The notes under the pieces are model-generated. The model was given only the letters and a program-made list of their open reading frames with translations, ran no database searches and was not told where the DNA came from. A stretch of 64,000 nt of DNA from Candidatus Woesearchaeota archaeon (GTDB lineage: Archaea; Nanobdellota; Nanobdellia; UBA10117; GCA-020343615): positions 143,686-207,685 of the forward strand of contig CP070803.1 of the NCBI GenBank assembly GCA_020343615.1, in the 5' to 3' direction. Made by a program: the position numbers and the translations under genes. Below, in pieces: positions 18,532 through 27,060 of the stretch (position 1 is the stretch's first letter; each line of letters starts with the position of its first letter).

Positions 18532-20214
18532 TTACATTAGCTCAACTTCTTTAATTCCTAATAAATTCAAACTATTTTTCAGTGTTTGAGTAAAGGTGGA
18601 TACTAATGCTAATCTTGCTTTTTTTATCTTATCTTTAGCCTTAATTACTGGACATTTTTCATAGAAATTAGAGAACAATTTAGACAAATCATAAGCATAA
18701 TTAGCTATTAAATGAGGTGAATAGGATTCTGCTGCTTTTTCTATGATTAATGGAAAGTTGGATATTTTCTTAATTAGTTCATATTCCGAATCAGAGTTTA
18801 ACAACTCTAAATTTGTAAAACTTGGCTTAACTTTGGCTTTTTTTAGTATCTTTTTAGCCCTAACTAATGCATACTGTAGATAAGGACCTGTATCTCCTTC
18901 ATAAGATAATGCTTTGTCTAGATCAAATGGTATTCTTTTTTTATTGGATTTATTTAACATCATATAAATCATTGCTCCAACTGCTATTTTATCTGCTATT
19001 TCTTTTTGTTTTTTAGTAGATAATTTTGGATTTTTCTTCTTAACTTGCTTTGATGCTTTTTCCTTAGCTTTATTTGCTAACATTGAGTAAAGCGGTGCAT
19101 CTCCTAATCTAGAAGAGAACTTCTTCATGTTCTTATCTAAAACTAGTTCATAACTCAGATGATATAGTTGTTTTGCTTTATCAAAACCTAATATTTTCAG
19201 TGTTTTGAAAAGTTGCTTAAAATAGAAGTCCTGTTCTGCACCTACAACGTAAATGCTTCTATCTAACTTGTAATCTTTGAATTTCCTCTGAGCCATTGCT
19301 AGGTCTTTAGTAATGTATAAAGCAGTTCCGTCAGCTCTTAGGAGAGGTTTTTTACCTAATTGATATTTTTCAAGATTTATTATTGGTGCTTTGTCTTCAT
19401 ACTCTACTAAATGGTGTTTTTCTAGTTTCTTCACAACGTCTTTTCCAGAAACAATAAAGTCTTTGTCATAATAAATATAATCAAATTTTGCACCTAGTTC
19501 TCTATAAATCCTATTAAATTCTTTAACGCTCCAGTTATTTAATTTATTAAGAAGAGATACCCACTCTTTGTTTTTTTTATCTATCTTCTTCTGTATCTCT
19601 AGAACTTCCTTTTCATAATTTGGTTTTTCCTTTAGCTTAAAGACAGCTTCAGAATAGATCTTGCCAACCCACTCTCCTTTATTTTCAACTTTTGACTCTT
19701 TTTTCTTAAAGAACTTCTTGTAAGCCCACAAAGTCTTAGCAACATGGCTTCCTGTGTTATTATAGTAATTAGCTTTAATCACCTTATAGCCATCTTTTTC
19801 TAAGATTCTATAGAGAGCTGCTCCTAAAGCAGTATTTCTTAGGTGACCTACATGAAAGCCTTTTAGCGGATTAGGATTAGAATATTCGACTATTATTGTC
19901 TTCTTCTTGTTGCTTGCTTTGCCATATTTGTCTTTTTCTTTGTTTACTTGTTTTATAACAGACTCTGCTAATTTACCTTTATCAAAGTAAAAATTAAGAT
20001 AGGGTCCTGCTGTTTTTATCTCTTTTACTATAGATTTTTGAGGTATTTTTATCTTAGATTTTAAATCATCTGCTAATTTCTTGGGATTTTTTGAAAGATT
20101 AAAACAGGGCAAGGATAAGTCTCCTAACTTAGGATCTGGAGGAACTTCTAGTAATTTATCTGCTCCTTTTACACCTTTTAGAAGTTTTACAACTTCTTTT
20201 TTTGCTTCTTGCAT
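18532..20214 (-). CDS. argS: Arginyl-tRNA synthetase
   Basis: Class I HIGH-like motif (PNPLKGFHVGHLRNTALG), a DALR-type anticodon-binding C-terminus, and the typical C-terminal ...LLGIKEVELM ending. Confidence 0.9.
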   Translation of the reverse strand: MQEAKKEVVKLLKGVKGADKLLEVPPDPKLGDLSLPCFNLSKNPKKLADDLKSKIKIPQKSIVKEIKTAGPYLNFYFDKGKLAESVIKQVNKEKDKYGKASNKKKTIIVEYSNPNPLKGFHVGHLRNTALGAALYRILEKDGYKVIKANYYNNTGSHVAKTLWAYKKFFKKKESKVENKGEWVGKIYSEAVFKLKEKPNYEKEVLEIQKKIDKKNKEWVSLLNKLNNWSVKEFNRIYRELGAKFDYIYYDKDFIVSGKDVVKKLEKHHLVEYEDKAPIINLEKYQLGKKPLLRADGTALYITKDLAMAQRKFKDYKLDRSIYVVGAEQDFYFKQLFKTLKILGFDKAKQLYHLSYELVLDKNMKKFSSRLGDAPLYSMLANKAKEKASKQVKKKNPKLSTKKQKEIADKIAVGAMIYMMLNKSNKKRIPFDLDKALSYEGDTGPYLQYALVRAKKILKKAKVKPSFTNLELLNSDSEYELIKKISNFPLIIEKAAESYSPHLIANYAYDLSKLFSNFYEKCPVIKAKDKIKKARLALVSTFTQTLKNSLNLLGIKEVELM

Positions 20215-20257
20215 ACTTATTTCTAAATACTAAGATTATTTAATGTTTTTGAAAAGG

Positions 20258-20284
20258 AGGTGCTCACTAATCTAAGGAGCACCT
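20258..20284 (-). terminator. 8-bp stem-loop (AGGTGCTC-N11-GAGCACCT) overlapping the stop of the 120-aa gene; possible terminator or 5'-leader structure for argS
   Basis: A perfect inverted repeat seen directly in the sequence. Confidence 0.3.
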
Positions 20285-20634
20285 AATGCCTTTTCTAATT
20301 CTTTTACATTTGGGGCATTTGTATTTACTCGCATCGCATATTCTCCGCAAATAATATATCCCTTATCTTTTTCAGTTATATCCTTTGTATCTTTGATATT
20401 TATTCCTATTGCGTACTTTTCGTCTCCAAGTAATACTTTACCGACCATCGTTGCGTTCTCTGAGTTGTATGTGAAGACCCCTTCAAGATATGCTTCAGTT
20501 CCATCACTTAAAGGCAACGTCTTTTGTATTGCTGTAGGTTGTATTGGCTCAAGTGTTCCAACCATCGTCACATCTGTCACGTTAATTCCGTCTTCTAAAT
20601 CCTTTTCAAGATTTTTCTGTTTCATTTTTTTCAC
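20272..20634 (-). CDS. Hypothetical protein (120 aa)
   Basis: Clean ORF with an AAAGGTGA RBS-like sequence upstream. No family recognised. Confidence 0.45.
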   Translation of the reverse strand: MKKMKQKNLEKDLEDGINVTDVTMVGTLEPIQPTAIQKTLPLSDGTEAYLEGVFTYNSENATMVGKVLLGDEKYAIGINIKDTKDITEKDKGYIICGEYAMRVNTNAPNVKELEKALGAP

Positions 20635-20899
20635 CTTTTTAAGTTATCTGACATTTGTCAGAAATGCGTAAGAGGGGAGTCGAACCCAAAAGAAATCCAA
20701 TAGAGTCTTACGTCATTGGATTAAAACTCAAGCGCAGAATTACAACATCTTAATTAAAGATGTTTTGTAAAGAAAGTCTTTCTCCGATAAGGAGGTGTAA
20801 GGAGAGTATAGTCTACTTTGATTAATTCTAAAACTTCTAAAGTAATCTCTTTTTGCATAAGTTCTTATTGTGTAATATGATTATTTATAAAATTTATTG

Positions 20900-21160
20900 T
20901 CACTTTAACTGTATTACTTGAAAACCGTATTTATATATATCTTCTTTTTTCCAGAATTCACAATCTTTAGTTTTTAGAACAAAGGATACTTCTTTCTTTA
21001 ATTCTCTGCCAGTATATTCTTTTGTTTTAGGGTCCCATTCTTTGAGTAGTAGAATATCGCCCTCCTTACAATCAAAATCTGCTAACCTAACATCAAAATT
21101 CTTTTTACCTTCTTTTACAAGTTCAAATAATTCAGGCCAAGCTTTCTTTTTTATTATCAT
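20900..21160 (-). CDS. Small PUA/ASCH-like beta-barrel protein (hypothetical)
   Basis: 86 aa with a pattern (WPELFELVKEGKK.FDVRL....KEGDILLLKEWD) reminiscent of ASCH/PUA-like domains. Low confidence. Confidence 0.35.
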   Translation of the reverse strand: MIIKKKAWPELFELVKEGKKNFDVRLADFDCKEGDILLLKEWDPKTKEYTGRELKKEVSFVLKTKDCEFWKKEDIYKYGFQVIQLK

Positions 21161-21710
21161 CTAATTTGTACTCCCAACCGGGTTCCCACTCTTTAGGTTG
21201 TTTTAAGCGCCAGTCTTCTCTGATTGCTTGTTCCCAGGTTTTCCCTTTAAGTATCACATCTAGTGCTAATTGTGGAGTTCTATGAGCTACTATTGCAGTA
21301 TTTTTTTTAGGATATTTTTCCAATAAGTCGCTTAGAAAGCTACGTACTCTTTTTTCTACATCCTTATAGCTTTCTCCATTAGGGAAAGGTTCTTCGATTT
21401 TATTAAAATCTATAGAATAAATTTCTTTTGAACTGCGTCTTTCTAGATCTCCGTAATTACACTCTCTTAATCTTTTATCTTGAATAATCGGAATTCCTCT
21501 TTTTTTGAAGGTTAATTCAGCTGAGTCTATTGCTCTCTTTAGATCTGAACAGAAAACAACATCAAATTGTTTATATTTAATTAATCCTTCTAATTTAATC
21601 GATTGTTTTTTCCCTAAATTTGATAATTCGGCAGGAGACCATCCTGTAGCTAGATTCTTTTTATTATCTTTAGTGGTTCCGTGCACAAAGTAAGTGATAT
21701 TAACTACCAT
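21132..21710 (-). CDS. Histidine phosphatase superfamily (phosphoglycerate mutase-like) protein
   Basis: A VHGTT motif (RHG-type phospho-His motif) near the N-terminus, and a conserved His later (AIVAHRT). The start was trimmed to the Met at 21710 because the longer ORF runs through the tRNA-Glu gene. Confidence 0.6.
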   Translation of the reverse strand: MVVNITYFVHGTTKDNKKNLATGWSPAELSNLGKKQSIKLEGLIKYKQFDVVFCSDLKRAIDSAELTFKKRGIPIIQDKRLRECNYGDLERRSSKEIYSIDFNKIEEPFPNGESYKDVEKRVRSFLSDLLEKYPKKNTAIVAHRTPQLALDVILKGKTWEQAIREDWRLKQPKEWEPGWEYKLDDNKKESLA

Positions 21711-21721
21711 ATTAACATAAA

Positions 21722-21828
21722 TGCCCCCGACGGGATTCGAACCCGTGTCCATGGCTCGAAAGGCCATAATGACTTGCCCTCCTTTCAATTTCTCGAAAAA
21801 GAGTTTGGCCGGACTACACCACAGGGGC
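21722..21828 (-). tRNA. tRNA-Glu(TTC) with an intron of about 33 nt at a non-canonical position in the D-loop/D-stem
   Basis: Hand-folded as acceptor GCCCCTG/CGGGGGC, anticodon arm ATGGC-CTTTCGA-GCCAT, variable loop GGAC and T-arm ACGGG-TTCGAAT-CCCGT. The 5' part TGGTGTAGTCCGGCCAA...CATT matches an archaeal tRNA-Glu D-arm only after removing an internal insert. Confidence 0.6.
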
Positions 21829-21880
21829 ATTAAAGTTACTATTATTTATCGGGTTTTTAAATGTTTTGAAAAGCAAAAAG

Positions 21881-22023
21881 TGGGCGAGCGGAGATTTGAA
21901 CTCCGGACTTCCAGCATTTACTGTCTCTGGTTAGCTTAGACCTTCTCTAGCGAGAACAGGTCATATAAGACTTACGCGGAGTTTAAGCTCCTCAGCGCTC
22001 TAACCAGACTAAGCTACCCGCCC
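21881..22023 (-). tRNA. Intron-containing tRNA, isotype unresolved (143 nt; probably two or more introns)
   Basis: The ends are clear: acceptor GGGCGGG/CTCGCCC, D-arm TA-GCTT-AGTCTGGTTA-GAGC, T-arm CGGAG-TTCAAAT-CTCCG. The interior has long-range complementarity (GTCTGGTTAG with CTAACCAGAGAC), and I could not place the anticodon loop by hand. Confidence 0.5.
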
Positions 22024-23310
22024 ATATATTGCTTTATTTATCTCATCAGCTAAGTTATCCTTTTTAAAGGTTACGACATAATAATCACTGTACTTAAAAC
22101 ATAAATTTTTAGGTTTATTATTAGAAAAAGCAGTAGCTGTACTACTATAATCAAATATAATAGACATTATTTTAACATTAGAGCTTCTCTTTAGAATATA
22201 TGCATAAGTAGCATGTTTATATAATTGATAAAGTAAGGACCCTCTAGAGTTACAATACGATACTAAAACGGCAATATCTGTATTATTTATTCTAAATAGA
22301 TTATCACTTACATAATAAAACCCGAATGGAGATTTGAATACCTCTTTACCTAGGGGAGATAATCCTAACTTAAATAATATAGAATTTACAAATTGTTCGT
22401 AGTCATTTATTAATCCTTTTTCTTTATATGCTTGTGTTTTAGATATCTCGCTCTTTATTTTTAATTCTTTTCTTACGTCTGAAAATAATTTTTCCTTTAA
22501 TTTTTTTACTGTATTTTTATTTAATATGTCTAAAAAGTATTTTCTTCTTTGTTGTAAATTTGTTAATATAAATATATTATTTTCTAATAAAAACGCTGCT
22601 AAATCCTTTAATCTTTTTTTAGATCTTACAGTGACAATAAATGGAAAGTCTTTACCGTATTTTTTATCTAAAAAATTTCTTTTTTCTAAAAAATCTGTAA
22701 ATCCTCTAAAAGCATTAATTGTTGTTTCTTCTACAGCAATAGGTTTATTTTTATAAAAATAAACGAAATCAAAGTTATAATCTTTGGATAAAAAGTAGTT
22801 GGTTTTAAAATTAAGTTCTAGTTCTGTGTTTTGATTCGCTACTTCTCTTTCTTGTTCTGTAAAATATTCTATATTTTTTACTTTTTTGTTTCCGCCTTTC
22901 TTTCCATTACTACTCTGTTTTATTCTTCTTTCTAAAGTCCACATTTTGTTTGTAATTTTTGCTCCTTTGAGGCCTATTTTAGAGAAGAAATTATTTCCAT
23001 ATTTTTTATATAAGGTATCTACCGCTTTATTCCTATTAGAATTTTTAAAATTAGATTTAGAATATCTTCTGTCTTTTATTATTCTCCCTTGCCTTAATAG
23101 TTCCTGCTTTTTATCTTTTGATAATTCTGCTGTTAATTTATCAAAAATGTACATTTTAAGGCTTAGTCTACCATTACGATAAGAGGATCTTAATGTAGAT
23201 TCACCAATATTTAATTCTCTTGATAATTCTTTCCAAGATAAGCTTTTTTTGTTCTTGTAATGTTCAATTAATGATTTTTGAATCTCTTTAGGAAGTTTTA
23301 TTCTTTTCAT
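22009..23310 (-). CDS. Lys-rich hypothetical protein (433 aa) with an N-terminal HTH
   Basis: N-terminal SLSWKELSRELNIGESTLRSSYRNGR looks like an HTH. The stop codon lies within the first 15 nt of the adjacent tRNA gene. No catalytic motif recognised. Confidence 0.5.
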   Translation of the reverse strand: MKRIKLPKEIQKSLIEHYKNKKSLSWKELSRELNIGESTLRSSYRNGRLSLKMYIFDKLTAELSKDKKQELLRQGRIIKDRRYSKSNFKNSNRNKAVDTLYKKYGNNFFSKIGLKGAKITNKMWTLERRIKQSSNGKKGGNKKVKNIEYFTEQEREVANQNTELELNFKTNYFLSKDYNFDFVYFYKNKPIAVEETTINAFRGFTDFLEKRNFLDKKYGKDFPFIVTVRSKKRLKDLAAFLLENNIFILTNLQQRRKYFLDILNKNTVKKLKEKLFSDVRKELKIKSEISKTQAYKEKGLINDYEQFVNSILFKLGLSPLGKEVFKSPFGFYYVSDNLFRINNTDIAVLVSYCNSRGSLLYQLYKHATYAYILKRSSNVKIMSIIFDYSSTATAFSNNKPKNLCFKYSDYYVVTFKKDNLADEINKAIYGRVA

Positions 23311-23392
23311 TAATTATACCGACGCTCTAATAATTTAAAAGGTTTACTTTCAGAATAATTTATAAAGATATACTAATTTTAAGTTGTAAACA

Positions 23393-24481
23393 ATGAATCA
23401 AACAACTGAAGACATAGTTAACCCTATCCTAGCATGTCCTGATTGCAAGGCTCCTTTAATTTCTAAAATTGGGAATATGTATGAATGCGAAGCAGGTAAA
23501 GAAAGAGGGAGGTACAATAGTACTTTTGGCATACCTAATTTACTCCCTTACGGGAAATCTAGGAAATCTATAAATCTTAGTCAAATCGGCTCTGAGAGAA
23601 TAAATTATAAATTATCTAAGAATGAACCATTTGAAATAACAATTAATAAAGAAACAGTTAATAACTTATTAGAAGACATAGTGGGAAAAAATATAAGATG
23701 TGCTGATGGACACATACTTGATCTTCTAAAGAATCTTTATTATAAAAACGGAAAACTGCAGGAGGAAAGCGTATATCTTATGACTGGAGCTTTCTCGGAA
23801 TTATTTGATAAATACTATAATTCCTTACCCGAGGAATCGCGTACTGATTTGTTCCAGATAGTTTCATTAGCGAGATATGAAGCAGAAATGCAACACATGA
23901 AGGATTATGCTGGGAACTTTATCCTCCCTAAGAGTATTATTCATCATATCCCAGATGATTCGGTTGTTTTAGAGGTTGGAATGGGTAATGGTGCTACTTT
24001 AAGAAGGGTGGATAATTTAAAAAAGTGCAAATCAGCCATAGGCTTAGATTTTTGTTATGGCATGGTTGAGGCTGCGGTTAAGAATACTACTCCCAGAAAT
24101 AATTGTTTTTATGCTATGGGTGATGTACACGCAATCCCTTTAATTGATAATTCAGCAGATGCAGTGATAATGTGTAATACTTTGGATAGGCTCCAAAATC
24201 CTAAGCTAGCCTTAGACGAAATCCACAGAGTAGCAAAAGACGGTTCTATTATCATTCTAGCAAACTGTATGCCTCTGCAGTATGATATTAAAGTAAATGG
24301 TATGAAAATAGGTTTTGCCCCTGAAAATAGTAGATTTAATTCGGTGAACGACGCTATTGATTATATCCCTAATGTTGAGATACTAGAAGAGAAAAACGCT
24401 ATTGAGTGGCATCCTGAAACTGTAACACAAGGTGTAGAAAAACTATTTGTGGATGTTTTTGTGGGTAAGCTGAATAAATAA
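23393..24481 (+). CDS. Trm112-like zinc-ribbon fused to a class I SAM-dependent methyltransferase
   Basis: N-terminal ILACPDCKAPL...YECEAG...GIPNLLP (Trm112/DUF343-like) followed by VLEVGMGNGATL (SAM motif I) and DAVIMCNTLDRL (motif II/III region). Confidence 0.7.
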   Translation: MNQTTEDIVNPILACPDCKAPLISKIGNMYECEAGKERGRYNSTFGIPNLLPYGKSRKSINLSQIGSERINYKLSKNEPFEITINKETVNNLLEDIVGKNIRCADGHILDLLKNLYYKNGKLQEESVYLMTGAFSELFDKYYNSLPEESRTDLFQIVSLARYEAEMQHMKDYAGNFILPKSIIHHIPDDSVVLEVGMGNGATLRRVDNLKKCKSAIGLDFCYGMVEAAVKNTTPRNNCFYAMGDVHAIPLIDNSADAVIMCNTLDRLQNPKLALDEIHRVAKDGSIIILANCMPLQYDIKVNGMKIGFAPENSRFNSVNDAIDYIPNVEILEEKNAIEWHPETVTQGVEKLFVDVFVGKLNK

Positions 24482-24482
24482 C

Positions 24483-24884
24483 TTATTCTAAAAATCTAAT
24501 AGATATAAAGTAAATGATGCTTAGACATAAAAAGAAAATCGCGAGTAAAAGCCATGGATTCATTAATCTTAGCCAGTTTATGAAATTAAAAACAACAGCT
24601 ATAAGTAAAGAAGAGGTGAAGGTGAAGAGACCTCTTCTTACTTCTCTTTGGGCTGTAGTTCGAGTGTAATACTGTGTTCCTCTTTTAGTTAATTCTAGGT
24701 TCTTCTTTTTTTCAGCGATTAGTCCTTGTTCTTTAAGGAACGATAGTTTTAATGCTAAATCTCTATCATTAACGTTTAGTTGTTTAGCTAATCTAGCAGT
24801 ATTGAGCTTACTAGCTCTTTTTTGCTTAGCTAATTCTGGGTCATTTCTATAAATCTCACGTAACACTAGCTCCCAGTCTTCCAT
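24483..24884 (-). CDS. Membrane-anchored winged-HTH protein (hypothetical regulator)
   Basis: N-terminal wHTH-like region (LAKQLNVNDRDLALKLSFLKEQGLI) plus two C-terminal hydrophobic helices. Confidence 0.45.
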   Translation of the reverse strand: MEDWELVLREIYRNDPELAKQKRASKLNTARLAKQLNVNDRDLALKLSFLKEQGLIAEKKKNLELTKRGTQYYTRTTAQREVRRGLFTFTSSLLIAVVFNFINWLRLMNPWLLLAIFFLCLSIIYFISIRFLE

Positions 24885-25168
24885 AGTGATACTATTTTAT
24901 AGTAATAACTTTATAAATATTTCTATTGTGCTCTTTCCAATAAATATTTAAGTTTTGTTTCTTTTATTTAGTGGTATGGGTAAGGAAAATCAAGTACTAG
25001 AGGACAAATTAAAAACAGTATTAGTTAATATAAAATCAGAACTAGAAAAAAAAGGAGTTTGAAGAAAGGCAGTATAGTAAGTTTGTTTTCGATCAATTAT
25101 CTTCTCAAGAAATTATAAAAGGAGATTATAGTAAAAATGTTGAACGTGTTGGTGGTTATATTGCTTTA

Positions 25169-25549
25169 TTGAGCAACAAGCTAAATATTAAAAGTGCCGA
25201 AGGAATATATTATGATTATCTTACGTTAGGTTCTACACCATTATCTAAAGATGCAAAGAATGATATTCAGATACTTGAAAATCTTAAAAATGAGTGTTTT
25301 GAATACCTAAAAAATGAACTTGGTACTGAAAAGGTTAAAAGAGGTCATTTTATAACATTAATTCGTGATTTTATTAATGATAGAATAGATGAAGGATTTG
25401 AACCTTCCAGAAAAGGGCATATACTTGGTCTTTTCTATACCACTTATGAAAAAGAGTTTAATGTTGTTAAGGATAAACATTTTAACACTTTGAATGAATT
25501 ACATGACATGGAGACTGCTAGAGAACTTATAGATAGAATAGAATTATAG
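25169..25549 (+). CDS. Hypothetical protein; the listed ORF begins at a TTG codon, and the reading frame is open upstream to a 28-codon ATG ORF in the +2 frame
   Basis: There is no in-frame ATG between the stop at 25043 and 25169. The upstream mini-ORF 24976..25062 and this frame are joined by an A8 homopolymer (25046..25053). Confidence 0.4.
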   Translation: MSNKLNIKSAEGIYYDYLTLGSTPLSKDAKNDIQILENLKNECFEYLKNELGTEKVKRGHFITLIRDFINDRIDEGFEPSRKGHILGLFYTTYEKEFNVVKDKHFNTLNELHDMETARELIDRIEL

Positions 25550-25553
25550 AAAT

Positions 25554-25766
25554 TTATTCGGTTTTTTCAGTATTTAGAGAGAACTCAAGCAGTATTTTTC
25601 TTCCTTTTTCCGTCACAGGATTACCGCAATATGGACATAAATTAGCATGAACAGGTATGTATTTCTTGCATATAATGCAGTATTTCTTTTTTGGTCCTTC
25701 AGAACCTGTACCGCTCCTAAGATCTTCTAGTGCCTTAAGGGTAGAATCTTTCCAATCTTCTTCCAT
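25554..25766 (-). CDS. Small zinc-ribbon protein (CxxC...CxxC), hypothetical
   Basis: CIICKK...CPYCGNP motif pair. Confidence 0.45.
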   Translation of the reverse strand: MEEDWKDSTLKALEDLRSGTGSEGPKKKYCIICKKYIPVHANLCPYCGNPVTEKGRKILLEFSLNTEKTE

Positions 25767-25831
25767 CTATAAATACTCTATAGAATTCATTTTTTAAATA
25801 TCTTGTTTACTCCTTTAATAGTAAAAATTAG

Positions 25832-25903
25832 CGCCCAGGGGAGGGGTCGAACCTCCGGCCTCGTGGTTAACAGCCACGCGCTCTACCACTAAGCTACCTG
25901 GGC
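25832..25903 (-). tRNA. tRNA-Asn(GTT)
   Basis: Hand-folded as acceptor GCCCAGG/CCTGGGC, D-arm GCTT-AGTGGTA-GAGC, anticodon arm CGTGG-CTGTTAA-CCACG and T-arm GGAGG-TTCGACC-CCTCC. No intron. Confidence 0.85.
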
Positions 25904-25941
25904 ATAACTAGAAAGTGCAAAATAACCATTTTAAAAGGTTT

Positions 25942-27060
25942 CTAATCTAAGAATAGCTTATTTTCGATCTTATGAGGCAAATACTCTTTAGCAGTAAACT
26001 CTATTTTCTTAGCAACTAATGCATCTGATTCTATTTTGTATCCAAATTCTTTAATTTTCTTTAATTCGTCCTGCCACTCTTTCTTCTTGAACCAGTCATA
26101 CTTAGATACTTCGCTTAGTCTTTTAATATCGTGCTTATCTAATTTGATCCATGAACTCCTAGGTATATCAAATCTTTTTACATCGTCTATCGCAAATCCT
26201 AAGTATTTTGCTTGAGGAGTTCCTGCTTTTTCTGAAAAGAATGCTAAATTAATAGAACCTTGCTTGTAAACTGAGTATATATAGTATCCATAGACATCCA
26301 TATCACAGAAACAATAAATAGGAATCTTTAACTCCTTACCGAATCTTGCAAGTAATCTTCTTTCTGCTCTAGCTGGCTGTCCTTTTCCTGTTAATAGAAT
26401 GCAGTTATTCTTTTTCCAGTACTTTTGCTGATTCAATAGGTTCCATACTGCGAACTTCTCTACTACTAAAACATAATCTGCTGAACAGTCTTTTATTTGC
26501 AATACATCTTTCTCTACACTTGGTGGAACTGCCCCACCAGCAGTACCCATTTTAGTATAATCTATAACATCGTCTGTTTTCATATCTTTTATAGTTATAG
26601 GTCCGGACATGACTCCTTTAGGTACTGCAACTAGATTTAATTGTTCTCTAAGATAATCAATCATTACTTCTATGTCTTCAATTACCGGATCTGATTCTGT
26701 TGACTGATCATCAAATGTATTTTCCTTTAAACCTGGGATTGAGTGCTTTAAAATATAGTAAAGCTGTCTTGTACTTAATGCTGGCTGATTCTGTTCAAGC
26801 AGCTCCTTGATTTGTGCTGCCATCAACATAGTCTGCATGAATTTTTTCGACTGACCCGCATTAAAGAAAGCTCTTTTCTGTTTTTTGTTTCCTAATTTAA
26901 TTAATTGGTCTGAATCATCAAAATAAACATTAGATAAAGTTCTCAATGGGATTGAAACGCTAGGATTATCTCCTTTGTTTAATTCATCTAAAATCGTGTT
27001 TCCTGTTCCTTTTAGACTTTTAATTATACTTTCTCTATTTTCATTGGTAGTTGTTGCCAT
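25942..27060 (-). CDS. top6A: DNA topoisomerase VI subunit A (Spo11-like)
   Basis: Toprim region with the conserved [13 protein letters not shown] segment, typical of Top6A/Spo11. Co-oriented with and overlapping top6B. Confidence 0.9.
   Translation of the reverse strand: MATTTNENRESIIKSLKGTGNTILDELNKGDNPSVSIPLRTLSNVYFDDSDQLIKLGNKKQKRAFFNAGQSKKFMQTMLMAAQIKELLEQNQPALSTRQLYYILKHSIPGLKENTFDDQSTESDPVIEDIEVMIDYLREQLNLVAVPKGVMSGPITIKDMKTDDVIDYTKMGTAGGAVPPSVEKDVLQIKDCSADYVLVVEKFAVWNLLNQQKYWKKNNCILLTGKGQPARAERRLLARFGKELKIPIYCFCDMDVYGYYIYSVYKQGSINLAFFSEKAGTPQAKYLGFAIDDVKRFDIPRSSWIKLDKHDIKRLSEVSKYDWFKKKEWQDELKKIKEFGYKIESDALVAKKIEFTAKEYLPHKIENKLFLD

Noticed and set aside
21721-21939. 72-aa plus-strand ORF spanning tRNA-Glu and the neighbouring tRNA
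   Set aside because: It overlaps two tRNA genes on the opposite strand; the tRNA explanation is far stronger.
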